Shown: positions 27,154 through 37,398 of the stretch, piece by piece | Numbering within the stretch: the stretch's first letter is position 1 | How the letters are laid out: every line of letters begins with the position of its first letter | Virus record (IMG/VR): IMGVR_UViG_3300046616_000314 | Coordinates: 186,001 to 250,000 of that record | Direction: 5' to 3' (one strand) | Length of the DNA: 64,000 bases | The notes under the pieces: generated by a model | The model's input: the letters and a program-made list of their open reading frames with translations, nothing else | Databases searched by the model: none | Told to the model about the DNA's origin: nothing | Translations under genes and position numbers: made by a program

Positions 27154-27702
27154 ATGATCAGCACCTATTATCGCGTCGAAATCGCTGCCATCGCGGGAAC
27201 CGCCAATGCAGCCGGTTTTGTCGATGCAACTCGCGTAGAAACTTACATGATGAACGGTGGCGCAGCCCCGGCATCGTACACCAACAGCACGAACAAAGAG
27301 CGCGCTAACGTCCGCTACAAGCTCGTTCTGGAAAATGTTCAGACCATGGGCAATATGTACGTGTCGAACGTCATCGCCACCGGAGCTACCGTTGACACCG
27401 CCCCGACCAAGATCGGAATGACGTTCGAAGTCGAACGTGGCGATTCGATCCTGTACACCCGCGACGAACTGACCCCTGGTGTCGAACTGAGCGGCGCAAA
27501 CGCCATCATCCGTTGTGTGGCTCGCGCTCTTTGCGAAACAAAGGTCATCCGTGGTGAAATTTATGATCCGACTCTGAGCGCACCGCTAAACAGCAATGCA
27601 TATGCTCGCGCCGGAAGCCGTTTGGAAATGATCACCGTTGGTGCATTGAGCAATAGCGTAACTACCGCTGGTGCTTCGGTCACTGTGACGAAGCTCGTTT
27701 AA
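27154..27702 (+). CDS. Late hypothetical (possibly virion) protein
   Basis: ATAAATA then GGAG SD; Ala/Thr-rich. Confidence 0.7.
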   Translation: MISTYYRVEIAAIAGTANAAGFVDATRVETYMMNGGAAPASYTNSTNKERANVRYKLVLENVQTMGNMYVSNVIATGATVDTAPTKIGMTFEVERGDSILYTRDELTPGVELSGANAIIRCVARALCETKVIRGEIYDPTLSAPLNSNAYARAGSRLEMITVGALSNSVTTAGASVTVTKLV

Positions 27703-27738
27703 ACTAATATTTCAAAATTTGTGAGGTAAATCCAGACG

Positions 27739-28131
27739 ATGGACAAGCTTGATCATCGCCATATTTTGGTGTCTGCTACTGTTGCTAATCCCCCGACACA
27801 AGCGGGACAATTTGACGAATGGCTGAAAGAGCTAGTTCAAAAAGTCGATATGAAGGTTCTCATGGGTCCTTGGTCTATCTATTGCGAGACCGAAGGTAAT
27901 GAGGGCGTCACGGGTCTGATTTGTTTGGAGACTTCCCACGCCAGCGGACACTTCTGGCATGAGCCGGAACCTTTCTTGAAAATGGATTTGTATTCGTGTA
28001 AGCATTTCGAGGTTCAAACTATTCTTGATCACTTGGCTGTATGGCAACCAAAGGAAGTCAACTATACTTTGGTTGATCGTAATGGTAAGAAGGATGTTAT
28101 TGTTGAGCAAGAAACCATTACTTTTAAATAG
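27739..28131 (+). CDS. speD: S-adenosylmethionine decarboxylase proenzyme
   Basis: GVTG..LETSHAS.H.W, DLYSCK. Confidence 0.85.
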   Translation: MDKLDHRHILVSATVANPPTQAGQFDEWLKELVQKVDMKVLMGPWSIYCETEGNEGVTGLICLETSHASGHFWHEPEPFLKMDLYSCKHFEVQTILDHLAVWQPKEVNYTLVDRNGKKDVIVEQETITFK

Positions 28132-28182
28132 TAATGCTTGGCTAGATACTGTAAAATCTAGACTCAACAGTAATAAAAAATC

Positions 28183-29247
28183 ATGAAACTTGTACTTGCT
28201 ATTGCAACCCTTCTAGCGGGTTTACTGATCACTGCGGTTGCCGCATTTTTCTCCGTCTCCGGTCTGATGGCTCTGTTCGCAGGAGCCGCATTGTCCGTTG
28301 GGATCATGGGCGCCGTCCTAGAATTCGGTAAGATCGTCGCGGCTGCATTCCTGCACACGTACATGAAAAGCCATAAGCTCACGCTTTTCTGGAAAACCTA
28401 TCTGATCATCGGAGTGGTATTCCTGATGCTCGTAACCAACCTGGGTATTTTTGGTTATTTGTCCAAGGGACACCTAGAGCAATCGGCATCGTTGCCTGCT
28501 GTTGAACTTAAGATTGCTCAAAAAGAGCAACGTATTCAACAATTGAATACTCAACTCTCCGGTTTGAATACTCGTTTGAACCAGATGGACGGGGCTGTAA
28601 ACTCGCTTATCGCTAGCAACAAAGCCAACACCGGCTTGCGCGCTCGTGGTCGTCAGTCAGCGGAACGTGTTGAGATCAGTAAGAGCATCGAAACAACTAC
28701 CGCTGAAATCAACAAAGTTTCGGATGAACTGGTCCCGTTGAAACTTGAGGTTTCGGGAGTTGAAGCTAAACTGGGTCCTGTCAAGTACCTGGGTTTCAAA
28801 GATACTGAAACAGCCGTCCGTGTGGTTATTTTCTTCATTATGATTGCATTCGAGCCGATGGCTGTTGCTTTGATCATTTGTTCTTTGGTTGCATTCCACG
28901 ATTATTTCGAAGCTAAGCCTAAGAAAAATATAGAAATTGTCGAGTCTGATCCTGTATTCTTAAAAGATAAAGAAGAGGAAGCAGTAGACGTAGAACCTTT
29001 GCAAGAATTGATTGCTGATCCTGAAGAAGAACCCGAAGTTGCGGAAGGTTCTTTGTTGGTTGATGAAGTAGAAGAACAAACTCCACAACCAAACGATACT
29101 GATGTACTCTTGGGTATTTTCAAAAGAAATCCAGAATTGTTTCAAGAAGTTATTGACGCCATCACTGAAGCCAAGACTACGCCTACCGAAGTTGAACAAC
29201 CTGCGGAAAAATCTTGGTTGGAAAACTGGACGCCTCCCCGTCGCTAA
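28183..29247 (+). CDS. Membrane protein with coiled coil and acidic tail
   Basis: Several TM helices, LEFGK, GIFGYLSKGH. Confidence 0.75.
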   Translation: MKLVLAIATLLAGLLITAVAAFFSVSGLMALFAGAALSVGIMGAVLEFGKIVAAAFLHTYMKSHKLTLFWKTYLIIGVVFLMLVTNLGIFGYLSKGHLEQSASLPAVELKIAQKEQRIQQLNTQLSGLNTRLNQMDGAVNSLIASNKANTGLRARGRQSAERVEISKSIETTTAEINKVSDELVPLKLEVSGVEAKLGPVKYLGFKDTETAVRVVIFFIMIAFEPMAVALIICSLVAFHDYFEAKPKKNIEIVESDPVFLKDKEEEAVDVEPLQELIADPEEEPEVAEGSLLVDEVEEQTPQPNDTDVLLGIFKRNPELFQEVIDAITEAKTTPTEVEQPAEKSWLENWTPPRR

Positions 29248-29283
29248 ATAACTGTATAGTAATTAGTTTTGGTTGGGTACAAA

Positions 29284-30516
29284 ATGAGTGAAGCTGATAA
29301 AGACCTTTATTGCTCGTTTTGCGGCAAGAATGCTGCGGAAGTCAAGAAGTTAATAGCTGGTCCAAATAATGTTTTTATTTGTGACGGTTGCGTTGATCTT
29401 TGCCATGGTATCCTAGTTGGTGAAAGCCCATCCAAGGAACTTGTACCGGTTGACAAGAAAACGGGTATTCCTTCCCCTCGTATTATCAAGGAACATCTTG
29501 ACCAATATATCATTGGACAAGATCACGCCAAAGAAACATTGGCGGTCGCGGTTTATAACCACTACATGCGCCTAGAACATCCATTCGTTGATGGCGTTGA
29601 GATCGAAAAGTCTAACGCATTGCTGGTCGGACCCACCGGTTCGGGTAAGACAGCCATGGTCAAAAGCATTGCAGAAATGCTCGCGGTTCCCCTGGCGATT
29701 GCCGATGCCACGTCCCTGACCGAAGCGGGCTACGTCGGTGAAGACGTTGAATCGATCCTGACTCGCCTGTTGTCATCGGCTGGTAACGATGTAAAGCTCG
29801 CCGAACGTGGTATCGTCTTTATCGATGAAATCGACAAGAAGGCATCGCGTGAGCGTCAGAACGGCGGGCGCGACGTATCGGGTGAAGGTGTCCAACAAGC
29901 CCTTCTGAAGCTCCTAGAGGGCTCTGAAGTGATGGTTCCTACCTCCGGTAAGCGAGGACCGAATGCGGAGCTTGTGAAGGTCAACACAAAAAACATTTTG
30001 TTCATTGTCGGCGGCGCCTTTGTGGGGCTAGATAAAATTGTGATCAAAGCCCGTGGTGGTAAGATCGAATCCAAGATGGGTTTTGCTGGTGATGTTGGTA
30101 AGAAGCCGATGCCCGCGAATGCGCTAGAAGGCTTGGATGCAGAGCACCTTGTGAAGTTTGGGATGATTCCCGAACTGGTAGGTCGTCTTCCCGTGTACGC
30201 CACCTTGACCGAACTGAATGAAGGTCAACTGGTTCAGATTTTGACAGAACCCAAAAATGCTTTGATCAAACAATTTGAAAAGCGTTTCGGTCTGGACAAG
30301 GTAGTCTTGGAATTCACCGATGCAGCATTGATGGAAATTGCTAAGACAGCCATCAAGCGCAAGACGGGTGCTCGTGGTCTACGCAGCGTCGTTGAAAACA
30401 ACTTGATGAAGCTTCAGTATGAACTTCCTGATTTGTCGGAACAAGGCGTAACAAAGATCGTCATTGACGAAACAATTTCGCAAGAAAAGTTAGTTCCAAT
30501 TCTCATTTATGCATAA
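29284..30516 (+). CDS. clpX: ATP-dependent Clp protease ATPase subunit ClpX
   Basis: CSFCGK zinc finger, GPTGSGKT, TEAGYVGEDVE, RDVSGEGVQQALLK. Confidence 0.97.
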   Translation: MSEADKDLYCSFCGKNAAEVKKLIAGPNNVFICDGCVDLCHGILVGESPSKELVPVDKKTGIPSPRIIKEHLDQYIIGQDHAKETLAVAVYNHYMRLEHPFVDGVEIEKSNALLVGPTGSGKTAMVKSIAEMLAVPLAIADATSLTEAGYVGEDVESILTRLLSSAGNDVKLAERGIVFIDEIDKKASRERQNGGRDVSGEGVQQALLKLLEGSEVMVPTSGKRGPNAELVKVNTKNILFIVGGAFVGLDKIVIKARGGKIESKMGFAGDVGKKPMPANALEGLDAEHLVKFGMIPELVGRLPVYATLTELNEGQLVQILTEPKNALIKQFEKRFGLDKVVLEFTDAALMEIAKTAIKRKTGARGLRSVVENNLMKLQYELPDLSEQGVTKIVIDETISQEKLVPILIYA

Positions 30517-30591
30517 ACTCCATAGATAAATATTGCATCTGATCTCTATGAACAGATAGAATAGATTATTAGCACTTTGGAGTATAAGCTA

Positions 30592-30822
30592 ATGAAAGCC
30601 CACAGAAATGGGAATTTTGAGAACAAGCGCGGACTTTCAGTGGAAGTCCGTGGGAATAACATCGAAGGTGCTATTCGCACGCTAGGTCGAAAGATCAAGC
30701 AAGAGGGTTTGATTCGCGAGCTTCGTGATCGTCAATCCTATGAAAAGCCTTCGACCAAGCGTCGCCGTCAACGTGCCGAAGCTGTTGCTCGCGCGAAGAA
30801 GGCTAGCAAGCGCAAAGATTAA
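30592..30822 (+). CDS. rpsU: Ribosomal protein S21
   Basis: VEVRGNNIEGAIRTL..EGLIRELRDRQSYEKPS.KRRR. Confidence 0.9.
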   Translation: MKAHRNGNFENKRGLSVEVRGNNIEGAIRTLGRKIKQEGLIRELRDRQSYEKPSTKRRRQRAEAVARAKKASKRKD

Positions 30823-30826
30823 TTTT

Positions 30827-31177
30827 ATGACCCCCGGTCCTGCTACAGACAGTTTGGTTGCTCGTTCTATCTGGAAAGCAATCATTGTGACTGAAACGGA
30901 GACCGGGGAATCATACATGGTGAACCAAGACGATTATTCTAAGGTCAAGGTTCCCCCATACAGTACGAGCGTTGATGAAGCGCATCGTATTGTAGAATAT
31001 TTTCAAAACCAAGGCTGGTCGGCTCGTATTCGAAACGTCCCTGAACAGGATGTTTTCATGGTTTCGTTTTTCAAACATGATGGTCGCACGTATCGCTTCA
31101 TGAAGGGTGACACTCTTCCTATGGCGATTTGTATGGCGGCTCTCGATCTGATCAATGGCTCCAATACGATTGCCTAA
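30827..31177 (+). CDS. Hypothetical protein
   Basis: VPPYSTS..PMAICMAAL phage-like motifs. Confidence 0.6.
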   Translation: MTPGPATDSLVARSIWKAIIVTETETGESYMVNQDDYSKVKVPPYSTSVDEAHRIVEYFQNQGWSARIRNVPEQDVFMVSFFKHDGRTYRFMKGDTLPMAICMAALDLINGSNTIA

Positions 31178-31242
31178 ACGAAAATATTGCATCTTCGTTA
31201 ACGCATCTGGTACATTGAATTATTAACTTAGGAAATTTTAAT

Positions 31243-31377
31243 ATGTCTATCATTTATTTGGCAGTGGGTATTTTCCTCGGCTGGTTCTTCCTGCCGACAC
31301 CCGAATTCGCAAAGACCGCCCTGGCGGCTCTGATCGCGAAGGTTCCGTTCTTGGCTCGTTTCGTCAAGAAGGACTAA
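31243..31377 (+). CDS. 44-aa membrane peptide
   Basis: AGGA SD; MSIIYLAVGIFLGWFFLP. Confidence 0.6.
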   Translation: MSIIYLAVGIFLGWFFLPTPEFAKTALAALIAKVPFLARFVKKD

Positions 31378-31381
31378 AACA

Positions 31382-31807
31382 TTGACTAAAGAAATCACTG
31401 GCTACGAATTCGCAGCCATCAATGATTTGTCCGAAATTGTCCACCAGAAGAACGTGCAAGCGGGCTGGTGGACTGATCTGGCAACCGGTGAAGACCTTCG
31501 TGGTTTCAAACCGGGTCCTGAGATTTTGAGCAACGCTAAGCGTGACGTTCTAAATCTTCTTTGCCTTGTTCACTCGGAAGTTTCGGAAGCCTGTGAAGGC
31601 GTTCGTAAGAATCTACCTGATGACAAGCTGCCTCATCGCAGCATGTTTGAAGTCGAACTGGCGGATGTTTTCATCCGCATCTTCGATATCGCCGGGGCTC
31701 ACAAGCTCGACCTAGGCGGCGCCATTGCTGAAAAGCTGAATTTCAATGCGGTTCGTGAAGATCACCAGATTGAAAATCGCAAGGGCGAAAACGGTAAGAA
31801 GCACTAA
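31382..31807 (+). CDS. MazG-like NTP pyrophosphohydrolase
   Basis: LVHSEVSEACEG..EVELADVFIRIFD. Confidence 0.85.
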   Translation: MTKEITGYEFAAINDLSEIVHQKNVQAGWWTDLATGEDLRGFKPGPEILSNAKRDVLNLLCLVHSEVSEACEGVRKNLPDDKLPHRSMFEVELADVFIRIFDIAGAHKLDLGGAIAEKLNFNAVREDHQIENRKGENGKKH

Positions 31808-31810
31808 AAG

Positions 31811-31838
31811 AAAAAGCCCCCATTTCTGGGGGCTTTTT
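31811..31838. terminator. Bidirectional terminator
   Basis: A5-GCCCCCA..TGGGGGC-T5 between convergent genes. Confidence 0.85.
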
Positions 31839-31853
31839 CAATTCCGGTAAGAC

Positions 31854-32522
31854 TTAGCCCTTGGGGGTCTTGTCCTTGGCTTTCTTACCAATCGGATCAG
31901 CCGCGAACACGACACGCGCCGTCTTCACAAGCTTCTGGGAATTAGCCAGAGCGGCGCCGCCGCCCGCAGCCGAACCAACCGATTCAAGTGCGTAGTTCGA
32001 AGCCATCGTTGCAGCGTGCTTGCGCATACCGACATTGACGATTTCGACATCAACGAAGTCGATGGTACCCAGACGATAATCGCGCCCGGTCAGGCTGTTG
32101 ATGTCGTTCAGTTCGGTCATAGCCAGACCGATGATCTTCGCGCGAAGATTCTTTTCGGTTTCTGCGATCTTGGCGGGCGGGATGGTGCTGTCCAACTGAA
32201 TGTTGGTCAGTTCGATACCCGGAACCGACACTTCGCGAGCGCGATTTTGCAGGTTGAAAGTTTCGCGCTCGTCAACGCGAGCCGTGGCGACGAAGTTGAT
32301 GCGTTCGTGACCGGTGTCGTTGCGACGCTGGATATTGCTGAACGCCCACTGAGCCGAAGGAACGAATTCCTTCAAAATCTTGTCCCACTCTTGACGCGAG
32401 GCGTCATCGGTCGAACCGGGAGGAACAAGAGCGTTGACGGTGACGGCGACCTTCACGGTGTCATTGCCAACGGTTTCTTCTGCGTCCAATTGTAGGACGA
32501 TGGTATCAGGTTGCGATTGCAT
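31854..32522 (-). CDS. SIMPL/DUF541-like protein
   Basis: Pattern resembles SIMPL domain; strong coding bias. Confidence 0.5.
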   Translation of the reverse strand: MQSQPDTIVLQLDAEETVGNDTVKVAVTVNALVPPGSTDDASRQEWDKILKEFVPSAQWAFSNIQRRNDTGHERINFVATARVDERETFNLQNRAREVSVPGIELTNIQLDSTIPPAKIAETEKNLRAKIIGLAMTELNDINSLTGRDYRLGTIDFVDVEIVNVGMRKHAATMASNYALESVGSAAGGGAALANSQKLVKTARVVFAADPIGKKAKDKTPKG

Positions 32523-32666
32523 TTAAATTTCCTAAAGAGCGGCGTGCCCAAGTCATGCTTATCAAATTGCGGTCACGCTAGCAATTACGAAATTTTGGCG
32601 AAAATTGTTGACAAAAATGCCGGAAACCCCTTATAGTTCGCTCTGAGAATTTTCCTGGGGATATGT

Positions 32667-32963
32667 ATGTCTGGTTCTGCTACAGCCACCGAAACCAAAA
32701 TCGAAGTTACCATTCCGAAGCTGTATAGCGTCGTCCTGTATAACGATGATTTCACTCCCATGGAATTTGTCGTCGCGGTGTTGATGCGCGTCTTCAACAA
32801 AAGTGAAGACGAAGCCGAAGCTATAATGCTGGACATCCACAACAAGAACAAGGCGAAGATCGGTCTCTATACTCGCGATATCGCGACAACCAAGGTCAAT
32901 CAAATTCTCGCCCTGGCTACAGCCGCCAATTATCCCTTGCTCGCCAAGGCTGAAGAAAGCTGA
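32667..32963 (+). CDS. clpS: Clp adaptor ClpS
   Basis: YSVVLYNDDFTPMEFVV..F..A..IML.IH..YPL. Confidence 0.95.
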   Translation: MSGSATATETKIEVTIPKLYSVVLYNDDFTPMEFVVAVLMRVFNKSEDEAEAIMLDIHNKNKAKIGLYTRDIATTKVNQILALATAANYPLLAKAEES

Positions 32964-33056
32964 TTCAAATCAGTTATTTGGTTAAGTTCACATTAATTAA
33001 CGCCTAAGATAAATAAATTTAAGATCGTAAGATTTAGATTTATTTTAGGTGTTTTA

Positions 33057-33353
33057 ATGTCTCGACCCAAGCCCACTATTTTGCTGAACTTCACTGGTCG
33101 GACGTATAAGTCTGAGCAAGTTCTGAAAGCCACGGCGGTCTATGCTGTTTTTTACGCTGGACAGCCTATCAACTTGCGATCAATCGACACTCTGCGCGAT
33201 TCGCCCGCGAAATATAAGAAATGTTCGTTTTCCAACAGCGGTCATGCCTTCAATCTGGCTGAAAAGTTGAACAAGCTTTTCCAAACAGATCAGTTTGAAG
33301 TTTATGCATTGACCAACGGTGTTGTGATTACTGAAGGTGGAAGTGACGACTAA
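33057..33353 (+). CDS. Conserved jumbo-phage hypothetical protein
   Basis: MSRPKPTILL..KYKKCSFSNSGHAFNLA. Confidence 0.7.
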   Translation: MSRPKPTILLNFTGRTYKSEQVLKATAVYAVFYAGQPINLRSIDTLRDSPAKYKKCSFSNSGHAFNLAEKLNKLFQTDQFEVYALTNGVVITEGGSDD

Positions 33354-33758
33354 GTGTCTAAGCATCTTGCAATTGTTGCTTATCTAAAGTCGGCGATCAA
33401 AGAATCCGCCCCACATTTTAATAAATTTATTGAAGAGAAAACGGATGCCGAAATCATGCGTTTTCTCTTCCACAGTTTTAGGGACAAGGACGCTCCAAAA
33501 GGGATGCGCCTTTCGTCCATCGGAAACACGATAATCTCCACGTTTTTTGCGTCGTACGAAATCGACATTCCCGAAGGTACACGCCTTGGTCCCCACGAGC
33601 TTCTGTTTTTGGATGCGACCTGCAAATTCCCTTATTATATAGGGCGCGGCGAGGCGGAAGGTCGCACCCGCATGATTGTTTTTGAATCTGAATTGGCAGT
33701 GATGCTAAAGATGGTGTCAGGCGATGTCGCCAAACTCCGACGCCATCACGGACGCTGA
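33354..33758 (+). CDS. Hypothetical protein
   Basis: Adjacent to previous ORF in the same operon. Confidence 0.6.
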   Translation: MSKHLAIVAYLKSAIKESAPHFNKFIEEKTDAEIMRFLFHSFRDKDAPKGMRLSSIGNTIISTFFASYEIDIPEGTRLGPHELLFLDATCKFPYYIGRGEAEGRTRMIVFESELAVMLKMVSGDVAKLRRHHGR

Positions 33759-33917
33759 CCAAAAAAATTCGTTGTCGATGAAAATTCCAGTTGACGACGA
33801 AAATTTCTCTGCTACCTTGATGATCGTTGGTGACACAGACACTTCAGTCACCCCGTAGTAAATCAGCACTAAGCGTTCTGATTTTTTGAAACGAGATTGA
33901 AAGAGGACAATATATCC

Positions 33918-35288
33918 ATGGCGAAAGCTAAAACCGTTGAAACCCTGAGCCTGAAGCCTTCCGAAGTGGTTGGCGCCATTACGGCTCTGATGAATACCGA
34001 CCGTTCGATGTTCCTGTGGGGTCCTCCGGGTATCTCCAAGTCGCAAACGGCGGCTCAAGTTGCTTCGGCGGCTGGCATGGCGTTCATCGACGTGCGTCTG
34101 TCCCAGATGGACCCGACCGACCTTCGCGGCATCCCCTATCCGGTCGCTGACGAAGACGGCGTTCGCTGGTCCTCGCCGCTGGTTCTGCCCCGCGATCTGG
34201 ACTACAATCGCGTTTCGGAAATCCGCGCCGTCGAAAGCGTGATCAAGTTCCTGAACCCGACCGGTTCGAACAAGGACGCTGACGGCAACAAGATTCACTA
34301 CGTCTCGGCTCCGCAAGTCACCGTCAAGGCGGTCGATCCGAAGCTGACCGCTGAAATCGTCAGCCAGAAGCCCGACCAATTCACCGTCGTCCTGAAGGAC
34401 TCCACCGGCACCCTGGCTGCTGGCGAAGTTCACTGGATCGTCACCGGTAAGGTCCGCGCCATCCTGGGTCTGGAAGAATTCAACTCGGCGCCGCCGTCCG
34501 TCACCGCTGCCGCGTACCAACTGGTGCTCGACCGCGCTCTGGGCGAATATGAAGTGCCGGAAGGCGTCTTCATCATGGCGATGGGCAACCGCGACACCGA
34601 CAAGGGCATCACCTTCAAGATGGCTACGCCGGTCGCGAACCGCTTCATCCACGTGGAAATGCGTCCCGACTTCGATGACTGGCAGAAGTGGGCTATCCAA
34701 AAGATGATCCACCCTGACGTTGTTGGCTTCCTGGCGGCGTTCAACCACCACCTGTTCGACTTCAACCCTTCGACCGCTTCGCGCGGTTTCGCGACCCCGC
34801 GTTCGTGGGAAGCCGTTTCCGACATCCTGTCGGGTAACGACGACATGAACGACATCGTTGCGATGGGTCTGATCTTCGGCGCCGTGGGCGAAGGTGTCGG
34901 CGTCGAATTCCTGGAACACCGCAAGCACGCCGCGAACCTGCCGCGCGCTGACGAAATCCTCTCGGGTTCGCTCAAGAAGATGAAGCAGCCGCCGGAAGTC
35001 TCGCTGTCCTACGCTCTGACGACCACGCTCTGCTATGAACTGGTCAAGCGCGCCAAGGCGGTCGAACGCAACAACGGCAAGGACTGGGACAAGTCGAAGG
35101 ACCGTGAAAAGTGGCTGTCGGAAGCCGACAACTTCCTGGCTTTCATCATGGAAAACTTCACGGCGGAAATCTGCATCATGGGCGCCAAGACCGCCATTGC
35201 GTACCATGATCTGCCCTTCGTCACCAGCCGCATGAAGAACTTCACCGGCTTCGTGAAGCAATACAAAGACCTGATCATGACGGTCTAA
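33918..35288 (+). CDS. MoxR-like AAA+ ATPase
   Basis: WGPPGISKS, DPTDLRGIP, LEEFNSA, NRFIH, TPRSW. Confidence 0.9.
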   Translation: MAKAKTVETLSLKPSEVVGAITALMNTDRSMFLWGPPGISKSQTAAQVASAAGMAFIDVRLSQMDPTDLRGIPYPVADEDGVRWSSPLVLPRDLDYNRVSEIRAVESVIKFLNPTGSNKDADGNKIHYVSAPQVTVKAVDPKLTAEIVSQKPDQFTVVLKDSTGTLAAGEVHWIVTGKVRAILGLEEFNSAPPSVTAAAYQLVLDRALGEYEVPEGVFIMAMGNRDTDKGITFKMATPVANRFIHVEMRPDFDDWQKWAIQKMIHPDVVGFLAAFNHHLFDFNPSTASRGFATPRSWEAVSDILSGNDDMNDIVAMGLIFGAVGEGVGVEFLEHRKHAANLPRADEILSGSLKKMKQPPEVSLSYALTTTLCYELVKRAKAVERNNGKDWDKSKDREKWLSEADNFLAFIMENFTAEICIMGAKTAIAYHDLPFVTSRMKNFTGFVKQYKDLIMTV

Positions 35289-35335
35289 ACCACTCAACTC
35301 AAACCGTCTGATGTCCTCTTCGGTTTGAATTGAAG

Positions 35336-35375
35336 AAAGGGCGACTGAAGTTAAATTTCTTCAGTCGCCCTTTTT
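35336..35375 (+). terminator. Intrinsic terminator
   Basis: GGGCGACTGAAG..CTTCAGTCGCCC-T5. Confidence 0.85.
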
Positions 35376-35446
35376 AGTTCCGAAATACCTTGCAATTTTG
35401 GTATTTTGGTGTAAGATAAAACTCATATAATTTAATGAGGGATTTA

Positions 35447-36709
35447 ATGGCAACTGACCTTTCTGATCCGGTAGTTTCCGAAATTGTTCGCGCCCGCGTG
35501 AAGTTGCTTTTTGATAAGCCCTTCTTCGGACACCTTGCTACCCGTCTCGTTCTGGTCGATGGTTCCTCGTGGTGCCCGACGATGGCGACGGATGGTAAGC
35601 ATCTGTTCTACAACCGCCAGTTCGTCGCGCAAATGTCGCGCCCCCAACTGCTGTTCGTGATCGCCCACGAAGTTCTCCACTGTGTGTACGACCACCTGGG
35701 GCGTCGCGGCGGTCGTGATCCGAAGATTTGGAACATGGCGACCGACTATATCGTCAACTACACGCTGGTTGCCGATGGTCTGGGCGAAATGCCCGCCGTG
35801 GGTCTGTACGACAAGCGTTTCACTGACGAAATGGCGTCGGAAGAAATTTACGAAATTCTCAAGAAGAATTCCGTAACGATCAAGATGCCGCTGGACATGC
35901 ACCTTGACGGTCCTGGCGACAAGCCGGAAGACGGCGATGGCGAAGGCAAGGGTAACGGCGGCGTGGGCAACTCGCCCGGCGGCACGACCGATGTCACGAT
36001 CATGGGCAAGGACGGTCCTCCGAAGCTGACTGAAGAAGACATTCAGAAGATTCGGAACGAAATCCGCGCTGCGGTCATCCAATCGGCTCAAACGGTCGGC
36101 GCCGGTAATATTCCGGCTGGCGTTGCTCGTATGATCGATGAACTGATCAATCCGAAGCTGGATTGGCGTGCCCTGCTGGACGCGCACATTCGTTCCAGCC
36201 AACGTGACGATTTCAGCTTCCGTCGTCCGTCGCGCAAGTCGTGGGGTACGTCGTTCGGCGGGCGCCGTCTGGTCCTGCCGTCGCAAGACTACATGGACAC
36301 GATTGACATCGCCATCGCCATCGATACTTCGGGCTCGATGACGGCGAAGATGCTGCGCGACATCCTTTCGGAAACGAAGGGCATCATGCAAACCTTCCGT
36401 GACTTCAAGTTGCAAGTCTGGTCGTTCGATACCAAGGTGTATTCGTACAAGGAATTCACCGGGGCGAACCTCGATGAAATCGACACCTACCACCCTGACG
36501 GCGGTGGCGGCACGATGTTCGAATGCAACTGGGAATTCATGAAGCGTGAGAGCATCGAACCGCAACGTCTGGTCCTCTTCACCGATGGCTATCCCTGCGG
36601 TACCTGGGGCGAAGAAAACTACTGCGACACCCTGTTCGTGGTTCACGGCAACACTTCGATCAAGGCGCCGTTCGGTCTGACTGCCTACTACGAAGAAAAG
36701 GACGACTAA
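35447..36709 (+). CDS. Metallopeptidase-vWA protein (DUF2201-like), MoxR partner
   Basis: ATDG, HEVLH, DTSGSM, GGGGT, FTDG. Confidence 0.9.
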   Translation: MATDLSDPVVSEIVRARVKLLFDKPFFGHLATRLVLVDGSSWCPTMATDGKHLFYNRQFVAQMSRPQLLFVIAHEVLHCVYDHLGRRGGRDPKIWNMATDYIVNYTLVADGLGEMPAVGLYDKRFTDEMASEEIYEILKKNSVTIKMPLDMHLDGPGDKPEDGDGEGKGNGGVGNSPGGTTDVTIMGKDGPPKLTEEDIQKIRNEIRAAVIQSAQTVGAGNIPAGVARMIDELINPKLDWRALLDAHIRSSQRDDFSFRRPSRKSWGTSFGGRRLVLPSQDYMDTIDIAIAIDTSGSMTAKMLRDILSETKGIMQTFRDFKLQVWSFDTKVYSYKEFTGANLDEIDTYHPDGGGGTMFECNWEFMKRESIEPQRLVLFTDGYPCGTWGEENYCDTLFVVHGNTSIKAPFGLTAYYEEKDD

Positions 36710-36732
36710 GACCGTCGTCTAGCTACGGAAAA

Positions 36733-36758
36733 GGGCGGGAGCAATCCCGCCCTTTTTT
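36733..36758 (+). terminator. Intrinsic terminator
   Basis: Same hairpin as 22151. Confidence 0.9.
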
Positions 36759-36828
36759 CTTGGAAAAGATACGAAAATTTTTCGAATAAATTATTGAATT
36801 TCGTCGCGCCATAGCGTTATATAGACCT

Positions 36829-37104
36829 ATGGACCCTGAATATTTCCCTTCAAATTTAGAAATTCAAATCCAAAATCATCAGTCAGTAATAGCTCGTTTG
36901 ACCGCGTTGAAATCCATTGATCCCATGAAAATGATCGTCGTCACAGACCGCGTACAGCGCGTTCTAGGGGACGATGAGGCTTGGGGCTGGCTCACACGCC
37001 CGAACATCGCTCTAGCCGGTCTGATGCCCTTGGAGGCGGTTCTAGAGGGGCAACGTGATGCGGTTTACGAGTTGATCGCGGCAATGGCGTATAATCTTAA
37101 ATGA
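36829..37104 (+). CDS. Xre/MbcA/ParS-type antitoxin C-terminal domain protein
   Basis: VLGDDEAWGWLTRPNIALAGLMPLE..G..AV. Confidence 0.75.
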   Translation: MDPEYFPSNLEIQIQNHQSVIARLTALKSIDPMKMIVVTDRVQRVLGDDEAWGWLTRPNIALAGLMPLEAVLEGQRDAVYELIAAMAYNLK

Positions 37105-37397
37105 TTAGGACAACCGCCAATTTTACGGGTTTGGAAATAGACCTTACCCAGACAAGACGAAAAAAATTTCACCCAATCCCCGTTGATTGGACGAGACATC
37201 AGTTCTCGTGCAACTCGACCGGTCTGCGACATCTGGACTCTTGGATGTCGAAGTACACCATTGGAAATTGGACAGTTCATAGAACCAACAAGATCGGTGG
37301 TATCACTGTTGTCCTCGGATTTGAAAACGAAGATGACGCCGTAATGTTCCGCCTCAAGGATGCGGAAAAGTTTTTAAATAGTTTTGGAGAGTTTTAG
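37101..37397 (+). CDS. Small protein, FKL family
   Basis: FENEDDAVMFRLK. Confidence 0.7.
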   Translation: MIRTTANFTGLEIDLTQTRRKKFHPIPVDWTRHQFSCNSTGLRHLDSWMSKYTIGNWTVHRTNKIGGITVVLGFENEDDAVMFRLKDAEKFLNSFGEF

Positions 37398-37398
37398 T

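Noticed and set aside
33717-36646. Long antisense ORFs (526 and 400 aa; also 1521..2513, 40712..41557, 54405..55919)
   Set aside because: They mirror strongly biased genes with clear motifs or SD sites on the other strand and have no motifs of their own.
22151-36758. Identical 20-bp hairpins as mobile-element ends
   Set aside because: Both follow stop codons and have T tracts; they are ordinary reused terminators.
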